Source of the DNA: Isurus oxyrinchus
Taxonomy: Eukaryota
Length of the DNA stretch: 64,000 nt
Assembly: GCA_026770705.1 (NCBI GenBank)
Contig: JANJGN010000011.1
Span: 154,628,001 to 154,692,000 of the forward strand
Reading direction: 5' to 3'
How positions within the stretch are numbered: position 1 is the first letter of the stretch; every line of letters begins with the position of its first letter. The position numbers and the translations under genes were made by a program. This document shows positions 54,595 to 64,000 of the stretch, in pieces. The notes under the pieces were generated by a model. It searched no databases. It saw nothing but the letters and a program-made list of their open reading frames with translations, and was not told where the DNA came from.

Positions 54595-55400
54595 ATGAAT
54601 GTTGCACTTCAAAACTCTTGAGATCAGAACAACAGCAAACCACTGTGATCTTGGAGGAGGAGAAGGTATCAACCCAGCGTCAGGAACCTGGAGTGGCTAT
54701 GGAAGGTGCAGAGAGCGACAAGGTACAACAAGGTTCACGTGGGGAACGTAAAGAAGACTGTACAGGTGGGCAATGGAAAGCAGCATCTTATATGAAAGTG
54801 CCCTCCTCAGAGCAATTAGAGCAAAGAGAGTCACGTCAGCCAGAGGCAACTGGTGCTGTCAATGCCTCTTCTCTATCACACTCCCAAAATGCACATGGTG
54901 AGGAGCTTTGCCCCATATGTCGTAGGTTAGATACACTTGTGAGCACTGTGCAGCGTGGGTTCAACCACATACATAGGGACATAAATACATTGCAAAATGC
55001 TTCACAGTATCGTGGTGCCCGGCTGTCCCAGAATGTCATGTCTCTAGTTGGTGCAATGCACACACTTGTGAGACTCCATCATTTTTCCACCTTGCCACGC
55101 AGAGATGTGGCTATTCAGACCTCCATTATGCTGACTGAAAGGCATCTGGGAGAGAATGTTGGGGCAGCATCCAGTGACACCACAACTATATCGAGTGGCA
55201 ATGTAACTACACTCAGTGACACCCTACCTACATCCAGCAACATTGGAATGACATCCAGTGACACAGGAGTTTCATCCAGTGACACAGGGACTGCATCCAG
55301 TGACACAGTGATTGAAGTATCACTCGATCCTGATGGTGACTCTGCAGAGAGTATGTCCATTGAGGAGTCCTCTCAAAATTCTTCAGACAGTGATTGGTAA
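54595..55400 (+). CDS. Myb/SANT-like protein, terminal coding exon (acidic linker, CxxC + helical segment, 7-aa repeats, acidic tail)
   Basis: Acceptor ctttttatcttcccag|AT in phase 1; G+AT=Asp joins exon 1 in frame across a 280-nt intron. Open for 806 nt to TAA. The spliced CDS is 1206 nt (401 aa). Confidence 0.8.
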
Positions 55401-55722
55401 AGTCAGTAAAAAAAAATTCAAATATACATGGAGTTGACTGTTTGAATTTAACTATTTAAGCTTCCTTACAATTAGATTTAAAGTTATATATTTGACTTAG
55501 TAGATCTACTAATTTATACAGTAGCCCATTAGCTTAAAATAGCTAAAACACTGCATGCGAGTATTTACCATGGGTATTAATGTAGGATTAGCAGTTTTGT
55601 AATGAATTCAATGTCATTTAAAATGCATGTAATCTAAAATCCAAACACTCTCGTCACCTATCTGTCTTGTTTGGAATTCTTTGTAAATTTTTTCCACTTC
55701 CATAATTATTAATGTCGTTTGC

Positions 55723-55842
55723 AATAAAACAAAAAAATACATTATCCATCTTCTATCATGATCTGTGTTGTTTTGTTGTTTGCAATGGAGGTTTTGTACT
55801 TTTTTTTCATATTTCATAGCTACCTGTGTTGTGTGTAATAAA
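55723..55842 (+). terminator. Candidate polyadenylation signals of the Myb/SANT gene
   Basis: AATAAA at 55723 and 55837, each followed by U/GU-rich sequence, within an AU-rich 3' UTR-like tract. Confidence 0.55.
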
Positions 55843-56529
55843 CATTTTATATCAGTCATTCTTTGTCCCGTGTCTGCTTTTCATGCCCATGTTGCTTCTC
55901 CCTTGCTTTTCCATTTTGTCTAAATTTTACACATGAGCCCCTACTTGGCAGAGCAGCCTGAGGTATCAAGAATTATCTGTCTCATGTGGTTGTCTTTCAT
56001 CCTATGCCGCGTGGTTCATTTATGTTATTACTGAAGCGTGAAGTTTGGATTTCATCATCTCACAGATGCATTATTTTCCATGATCATAAGTTTGCAGAGG
56101 CCTGTTTTAAAATAATGCTATTCTATACTGTGCATAACAAAGTAGCATCAACATGGTTTAAGTTAAGACATTTCAGACCTCATCGACTGATTTGTTGGAT
56201 AAATATATATAAAATATGAAATTTATAAGCAAAAGTATTTCTTTCTTCTTGGTTGCAAGCAATATGTTTTTAAATCTCCTCTATATGGATTTAATGTCCC
56301 AGTTGTTATTATTGGACTAATGAGTCTTCCATTATCCTCCTAAACAAGACTTATCAAGTGAGCGCACAGAATTTGGCTTAAATTAGGAGTTCCATATGTT
56401 GGGTACAGTTTATCCCCAGCAAATTTATAGCAGGATTTAAAATATATATATAATTTAGAAAAAAAACTCATTCTGTAAGCTACATCGCCTTTCCATTCCG
56501 AGAAACATGTTATAAGCTGTTACCATCAG

Positions 56530-57060
56530 CTGTTGAACAGAGCTGCCTGAGTTCATTTCAATATGCAAGGTTTGATTTCCTCATACATTTTTGGCCTCCA
56601 TATTACAAAACAGATGTAGAGTTACTAAAGGAGGTGAAAAAAAAGATATTTAGGAATGATAACAGAACAATCAATAAAGACTCAACAGGCTGAGGCTCTC
56701 TTCTCTCGAAATGAGAGGGCTCAGGGATGACCTAATAGAGTTCTTTATAATTAGGAAGGGTTTCGATAGCGTTGATGTGGAGAAGATTTTTCTGCTCGTG
56801 AGATGCCCATAATTCAAGGTCATGAATATAAGATGGTCACTAATACATCAAATAGGGAATTCAGGAGAAACTTCCTGACCCAGAGAGTGGGGAGTATGTG
56901 CCACATTCTGACACATGGAGTAGGTGAGGTGAAGGGAAGGGGAAGGGGAAGGTAGATAAGTGCATGAGGAAGAAAGGGGTGGATAAGGTGAGAGGAGACT
57001 TAAGTGGGACATAAACATGGGTATAGATGAGATGTACCAAATGGCCAATTTCTATGCAGT
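56530..57060 (+). mobile_element. CR1 LINE 3' fragment
   Basis: CR1 ORF2 end remnants (agggatgacctaatagag, aggagaaacttc...cagagagtg). The tail continues after the Vingi insertion. Confidence 0.75.
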
Positions 57061-57672
57061 CTTCTTATTGTGTCCCTGGACAGTCTATACATGGCCCAGC
57101 CAGAACTGGACACATTTTTGTGCCTTGTTGTTGAATTCGGCAAGATCTGCAACAGTGCAGGGTTCCTCTAGTGATAGGCATTGCAGGAGATGTTAAATAG
57201 TCTGTGGCTCAGTTCCACATTCACAAGTTGTCGGGCTGGTTTATATCCCCATTTGTTTAGTAACACCTTTGAATGACCTACACCAGTCCTAAGTCTGTTC
57301 AGGCACTTCCAGGTTGCCCAGTTGCAATTAGCTCCTGGGAGAAGGCTTTCATTCGGTAGAATTTCCATCGCTGGGGATTGTTCGAGACTGGCGAGCCAGT
57401 CTTTCCACAAGGTGATGCGGGCTTCAGATGGGGTTGTTTGTAATGGAACAGCACTGTTCATGAAGCTCTTCCTTAACTTTAGGCGGCTGGATGTAGGTGT
57501 ATGACCATGTAGAGGGTGCCTCTCATCTGATGTTTGACGGAGTCGCTCTTTCTTGCTGGCTACCATTCTTCTTATATCAGGGGGAGCGTTACCTACCAGG
57601 ATATATAGGCTGTTGGTGTTTGTTGGTTTTAAGCAACCTGTGATAAGTCGGCAGCTTGCATTCAGAACGGCA
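57061..57672 (-). mobile_element. 5'-truncated Vingi/Ingi-group LINE with 11-bp TSD
   Basis: HPLHGH..SRLKLRKSF..WATWKCLNRLRTGVGHSK..KWGY signature; 3' end GGACACAATAAGAAG; perfect TSD TTCTATGCAGT (57050-57060 / 57673-57683). Confidence 0.8.
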
Positions 57673-58869
57673 TTCTATGCAGTAAATTCTATGTACTTCT
57701 TTATAAGTACACATCAGCATCTTCCCCAGCAGCTTAACAAATAATAGCAACAAGCAGACTGGTTGTGACTGTTTCCATCACTATTAAGAAGACCCTATTT
57801 ATGCTGCTTGGTGCAATATAGAGTTTGCATCTGGAGAAAGATTTCAGCTCCACTAATTCCTGATGAGAATAGATTGTTCTCTAATAGCTGGTTAATTTGG
57901 TGGATTTTGAGACTGCCTTGAAAGGCTTAGCATGGGGTACACAGTTCAGCCTGATGCAAGTGCAGCTAGCATCCAGTTTTCTGCTCAACCTCCAATTTCC
58001 TGCTGACTGGAGAAGAGGCTGTGAGATTCCACCTACCTCCCCATGGAGAAGGAGTTAATTTTCCAGTTGCACCTGTTTATCCTAACATACATGATGTATG
58101 GTGCAATTGGATCTCAAAAATTTGTAACAGATGACTTTAGGGATTTTTATTACAATGGTAGGAATGTGAAATTGTACAACTGGCTATGGGAATATCAATA
58201 ATAGCATGGTGCTAGAACTAGGACAGAATGTCACAGAAAGAAAAAGATGGTGAGGGGGAGCAGGTTGCTTAGCCATGAGGTGGCAATCCCTTCACTTGGT
58301 CATGGACTTGCCTGTCAACCATACAAATGCCTTTCGATGACAATCTAGAAGTCAATAACCAGGAGCATGTTTTGCCTCCTGTCTAGGCTCTACAGTCATC
58401 CCATTTGAGATCACCTAGCTCAGAACAGGGATTCAACTAGGAAGATTGCTAACCTATGTGAGTCATTATCACACTTGACATGTGCTATTATCCACTGATC
58501 TATCTTTAGATCAATGGCTATGTTCTTCTTTAACAATGAATAAAATAAATAAATCAGTCTAATAAAAGATTTTTCTGTTGCCACTGGAAATTGCAATGTA
58601 AAAATTCATTGCCATTCATTGTTGACAAACTGTAGTTATGATTCTTTCTTTTGAGCCTATTTTGAAGAGTAGTGGATGCATTTGTGTTGGTAAATCAGCT
58701 TTTTGTGCTGCGAGTGATTGGTCAACACCACCACTCTATCTCTCACAAGTGGGATGAGGGGAAAGCTGTGCAAATTGCTTGCAGACTTCCCAGACGATCC
58801 CATTCATACATTGCTGCCACGATATCAGTTTTGGTTGCTCTAGATTATTTGAAGATTTGCAGTCATAAT

Positions 58870-59030
58870 TAATGTTCCCTCTAAATTTTAATTGGCTGTG
58901 CACGTCTTTTTTCTTACGATGCGTGGTTGAGCACATGTGATGTCTTACTGAGAAGAAATTGGAAGAGACCTATAGGCACCTTTAAGTTTTCAATGCAGTA
59001 GCGCCCACTCACAGCCTAGTGGGAACATTG
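58870..59030. mobile_element. hAT-like MITE
   Basis: TIR TAATGTTCCCTCTA / TAGTGGGAACATTG; 8-bp TSD GTCATAAT/GTTATAAC (6/8 match). Confidence 0.7.
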
Positions 59031-59059
59031 GTTATAACTCGCCATAGGAAGGTTTATAT

Positions 59060-59510
59060 CATCACAGAGTCACAGAATTGTTACAGTGCAGAAAGAGGCC
59101 ATTTGGCCCATCGTTTGTATGCATCGTCTCTGCAAGAGCAACTCCTGCTAAGTATTTTCTCTGTAGCCCTGCAAGTTTCTTTTCCTTTTCAGTTGTTTAC
59201 CCAATTCCCTTTTGAAAGCGCCGATTGCATCTGCCTCCGCCACACTCTTAGTGTATTCCGGATGTTAACTACTCGTTGCGTAAAAAAGTTTTCCTCAGGT
59301 TGCAACTGATTCTTTTGCCACCATCTTAGATCAGTGTCCTCTGGTTTATGACCCTTCCACCAATGGGAACCATTTTTTGTTGCCTTCTCTGCCTAGACCT
59401 CTCACAATTTTAGACACTTCTATCAAATCTCCTCTCAACCACCTCTCCTCTAAGGAGAACAACCCTAGCTTCTCCAATCCATCTATGTAGCTCGTATCTC
59501 ATCCTTGAAA
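59060..59510 (-). mobile_element. CR1 LINE 3' fragment
   Basis: Reverse CR1 tail and ORF2 end (ctcctctaaggagaacaaccctagc). Confidence 0.75.
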
Positions 59511-60044
59511 CTTAGTCCTTTTGAAATTATTTTGTTGCTTTAAAGATGCTAACTTTCATTACTGTATGTTAAAGCACTTAAACGGAGCTGCTATGTAAGA
59601 ATTGTGTTAACAGACTGCTGCCACTTACTGACATCCATGAACCAATGATCTCTCATTCCTGTTGCCTAAAAAAGGATTTTATTAACACCAATTCATACTC
59701 ATTGTTATCTTCTCTTAATATTTCTGTAAGATTTGTCTCCCCAGCTATATCATATTAAGAAAGGATCCCATTTCATAAAGCATTTCTGTAATAAGTTTAT
59801 TTATTTGCTTCAACATTATTGGCAGTTAAATGGAGTATGGTAGGCGGGTGGGAGTGATTACACAGAGAAAATGGGTGAGTGGGTGTGATTGCAAGAAAAT
59901 AATCCCATTAGTGGTTTTAGATTATGTTATAAACAGTAGAGTGAAGCTGCAGTGATTTATTTTCATCTGAATCCATAAAATGAGATTTTCTTTTTGTTAT
60001 ATCCATATACTTAACATTGTTTCAAACACATTGCAGCATTGGAG

Positions 60045-60478
60045 CTAGCCATGGTTTAGTTGATAGCATTCTCACCCCTGAGTCAAAAGGGTCATGGGCT
60101 CAAGTCCCAGCCCAGAGAATACAAAATCTAGGCTGACAATTCCAGTGCAGTAGGTGTGGGAGTGCTGCAGTGTCAGAGGTGCTGTACTGCTGGATGAGTT
60201 GTTAAATTGTGGCCCTATCTGCCCTCTTGGGTGGCTGCAAAAGGTCACATTGCACTATTCCAGAGAACCAAATTCCCCTTGGCATCCTGGCCAATATTTA
60301 TCTCTCCACCAACATTACTGAAAAAACATACAATTTGGACATTATCACATTGCTATTTGAGGGACCTTGCTGTGTGCAAATTATGTTTCATTCATTGCAG
60401 TGACTGTTGTAAAAGTACTTCATTGACTGTGGAATATTTAAAGATGTCATGAAAGGTCCTACATAAATGCAAGTTTTA
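60045..60478 (+). mobile_element. Deu-domain SINE copy
   Basis: Homologous to 26918-27360. Confidence 0.7.
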
Positions 60479-61882
60479 TTTTACTAATGAGATATAACAC
60501 TGCTTCATTTAGTGTGTAACAGATTAAGGTGGTTTTATTTTACAATTTTGCTTTGGATAGGTTTAAATGCTGTACTGTGTCGCAATTCCATTACCGTCAC
60601 TGAGAATGTTGTCTTGCCAGACTATTGACCGCTCTCCTGTTAAAAAAAGTTACACAGACTGATGAGATAGTATCAATTGCCAGTCAGAACACATTTAGAG
60701 AGACATTGTTTTGGCACCGTGTATGCTGGCCAGGGTAGAAAATTGTAGCATTTCCTTACAGACCTTTAAACACAGACACACACAAGGCATGAATGAGTTT
60801 ATTGAATGTGAAAAATTAGTGCTGACAGTGAATGTGAAGGGAGACTAAACTGCGTCCAAGTTTTCTTTCTGTTTGCTCTGATTTTACAGTACATTTTGTT
60901 ATTGAGTATCCTCAAAGATGAAAATGTTGCCTTGTTCTACGTTTTCGAGAAGCTTTCGTAAAATCGCAAGTGAAGGTCTTAGAAGTAGGGAAGGACCCAT
61001 AGCTGAAAGTTGCTCCAAGCATGTGCTTTCAACTAGAAAACATTGAGTTTCCATAGTAAGCCCAAACCCCTCCAAGCTGTAAAGGAAACTTCACAGAAAG
61101 CAATGGCAAATATCTCCCTGTATTATTACTCATGATGTTTGCAATTGTTGTATTTAAAACAAATCGTAATAATTGTTCAAAATTTCCTGAAAAAGCGACG
61201 CTTGCCATTTTCTTCTGCCACATTCCCATTGCTTATTCCAAAATTTTCTGTAGTAATTTCAATGTGGCGCTGGATCACAATGGCCGATGAGAGGAATTTG
61301 GAACCTCCGCAGCCAGAGGCTTAGCCCACCTACAGCAATCAAGCAGATCAATATTGGCATGGCCAAAGTCATCGAAATCTGCATTTCCAATCTCTTTCAC
61401 TGTATTAAACTTGATCACTTGCAGAAAATCATTTGAGTTATGGACACACTCAGCTGCCGGATTCAATGCTCAGGAGCATTCTCACTGGCAGAATTATTTT
61501 TTGATCATATATTTAGAAGATGATGTTGGTCATGGAGGCCCCAAATTATACAAACCAGGCCTTGCTTTGCCTGTTTCTCAGGTGTAAAATGGAGGGCAAA
61601 AAGGTTGAATTTTTCAGGGTTATGTCTCAAGGGCATATGTCTGACACCATGAAGATTCAGTCAATATTCAGGCATCCCTGACAACCATCTTAAATAGGTA
61701 TTAGGCCTCTTGCACATGCATACAATATACGTTAAACCAAACATATAATAACAAGAAAGCATTCTGGTGACTTTGAGCAAGGAATTAAAGTTATCAAGGA
61801 ACAACAGACATTTAACAAAAACAGAGTGCTAGAAAAATTAAGGAGGTCTGGTAGCATTTATGCGGAAAGAAACTGAGTTAAT

Positions 61883-62446
61883 GGGCAGAGTCTTCTGGCT
61901 GCTGGGCGGGCTGGTCAGAAGTGGGCGTGGAGCTGATCGCTGTCCGCAATTGACTGCTTGCCACCATGCGTGTGAAAGAGCGCAGAAACCTCCCTGAAGA
62001 ACAGAGCTGCCTCAGGCCTCAGGGAGATCAAGTTCAAATTGAAAGTTTAAAGTGAAGAAAGATTGAAATTATTTAGACATGTCCCCTCATGTGTCAGTGT
62101 CACTTGAGCTGGGACACGTTTATGAAATGTGTAAAAAAAAATATTTATTTATTTAATGAAACCTTCAGGAAATCTCATCCTGCCTGTGGTTGAGGTTTCC
62201 TGAAATACACAAAGGCTGTTTGGGCTCTTCACCTGATCTCCAACCTTAAGGTTGGATGGGCAGCCCTGTCAATTGTCTCAATTAGTCTCCTAATGGCCTT
62301 AACAGGCCTTTGACAGTTTGGCGGGTGCGCAGTCGCCTCCGGCGCATGCCCGCTGAACGAAAGATCAGAATGACGCACAGTGATGTCGGGACGCATGCCC
62401 AACCTCACCGTGCATCATTTTACGCGTCAGCGTGAAAATTCTGGCC
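61883..62446 (+). mobile_element. Non-autonomous Harbinger/PIF-like element inserted into a Penelope-like repeat
   Basis: GGGCAGAGTCTT / AAAATTCTGGCC termini; TSD AAT/AAT; the host repeat continues across the junction. Confidence 0.7.
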
Positions 62447-62593
62447 AATGTTTTGGAGTCCAATATGGCCCTTCTTTGGAACGGCTCCAGAACGGGCTCT
62501 GAAGAAATTATATTGGACTAAAAACATTAACTCTTCCTCGGTCCACAGGTGCTGCCAGAGCTTTACAGCATTTCCTGTTTTGGTTTCAGATTA

Positions 62594-62958
62594 GAGGGGA
62601 GGCAGTGATGTAGTGGTATTGTCACCGACCTGCTAATCCAGAGACCCAGTGTAATGCCCCCAGGACCCAGGTTTGAATCCCACCACTGCAGGTGGTGAAA
62701 TTAGAATTCATTAAAAAAAAGGTCTGGATTTAAAAGTCTAATGATGATTATGAATCAATTGTCCTAAAAATCCATCTGACTCACTAATGTCCTTTAGGGG
62801 GAGGAAATCTGCTGTTCTTGCCTCCATGTGACTCCAGACCCACAGCAATGTGGTTGTCTCTGAAATGGCCTAGAAAGCCACTCAGTTCACAAGGGCAATT
62901 AAGGGTGGGCAATAAATGCTGGCCTAGCTAGCGATGTCCCCATCCCATGAATAAAAAA
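62594..62958 (+). mobile_element. HE1-type shark SINE
   Basis: Homologous to 28885-29258; inserted into the same Penelope-like repeat. Confidence 0.8.
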
Positions 62959-63689
62959 TCATTTCCAGCATCCTCAGTATTTTGCTATTATAACAGATAT
63001 TTAATTTTACTTAAGTCAATTATTCTGAACTAATTTCTTCCTATAATAACTCAGCCTTAGCAGAAAGAAAATGGGCTTAAACTCAGGAAATTCAGAATTG
63101 CTTGAGTTAACTTGATTTGGATTTATGTCATTGTTTGCCATTAAAAGCGCTACAGTCACTTGAAACTAGAAAATAATGCTGTGGGTGACCTGGCAATGGC
63201 GTGATTTACAGTCATCACATGACAAGCAGCATGAGGTCAGCATAGGGACAATTAAAATTGTGGAACCTCAACCATGGTGTCTGGAATTTGGTCTCAAGAA
63301 TTATTTTCCTAATTTTCTCAGTCTTTCTTTGCAAGTTTTCCTACCTCGAGTCTTATTACGAGTCCGGTTTAGCCTCCACCTCTGTGCTCGCTGACCTACA
63401 CTGGCTCCCAGTCCAACAACGCCTCAAAGTTAAAATATTATCCTTGTTTCCAAATCCCTCAATAGCCTCACCCCTCTCCACCTCCAACCCTGCAGCCCTT
63501 TGAGATATCTGTGTTCCTCAAATTCTGGCCTCTTGAGCATCACCAATTTCCTTCTCTTCACCACTGGCTTTCAGGCACCTCGGCTCTAAACAGTAGGATT
63601 CCTTCCCTTAGCCTCTGCCTCTCTACCTCTCTCTCCCCTTTTAAGGTGCTCCTTAAAGTGACCACTTTGACCAAGCTTTTGGCCCCCTG

Positions 63690-63911
63690 TGTAGTGTTCA
63701 ATTGTTAGACGTTTCATTATGTATGTTTGTTTGCTCACTGTGTATGATTAGTTAAGTCTAGGCTTGGTCACTTAGACAGCTGAGCTAAACTACAGCTAAG
63801 CTAAGCTGTAAGCATGATAGCAGACTTTTTAAAGCATTGAATAAAATTCTTGTTACACGCATCAAAACTGGTGTATCATCTCTGCATATCTCCAAGCCAT
63901 AAAACACAATA
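63690..63911 (+). mobile_element. Small solo LTR inside an L2-group tail (63370-63990)
   Basis: TGT...ATA termini, AATAAA at 63840, flanks CCCTG/CTCTG; the host LINE tail resumes afterwards. Confidence 0.55.
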
Positions 63912-64000
63912 CTCTGTCCTAATTTCTCCTTAGTTAGTTCAATGTCAAATTTTGATAGCACTTCCATGAAGTGCCTTGGGTCTTTTTACTACGTTAAACA

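Noticed and set aside
53691-56432. Possible degenerate TIR pair around the Myb gene (TGCCCATAAATTGGTGCTG at 53691 / CAGCAAATTTATAGCA at 56417)
   Set aside because: Needs gaps to align and has no TSD, so it is too weak to call a transposon boundary, though it is worth rechecking.
1-64000. Prokaryotic-type systems (CRISPR, operons, defence islands)
   Set aside because: The sequence is vertebrate intronic DNA with no repeat-spacer arrays or dense ORFs.

Overview
This is vertebrate genomic DNA, and its repeat content (HE1-type and Deu-type SINEs, CR1/L2 LINEs, Penelope-like hairpins) points to a shark. Almost all of the window is intronic sequence of protocadherin-9 on the + strand. One 202-nt PCDH9 cytoplasmic-domain exon (20152-20353, [23 protein letters not shown]..., carrying the PP1-binding RRVTF motif) is present but absent from the ORF track. 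About 33 kb downstream, on the same strand and probably within the next intron, lies an intact two-coding-exon gene of about 401 aa (53915-54314 + 54595-55400). It encodes a Myb/SANT-like (NAIF1/MSANTD, Harbinger-type) DNA-binding protein with a 7-aa repeat tail and its own polyA signals, and no transposase lies nearby. Its upstream splice acceptor is in phase with the PCDH9 exon donor, so a protocadherin-Myb/SANT fusion transcript is formally possible. The rest is a mosaic of CR1, L2, Vingi/Ingi, Penelope-like, SINE and solo-LTR fragments, plus hAT-like and Harbinger-like MITEs and an Eulor1-like hairpin element. Family names come from recalled consensus features rather than database searches, and most repeat boundaries are approximate.
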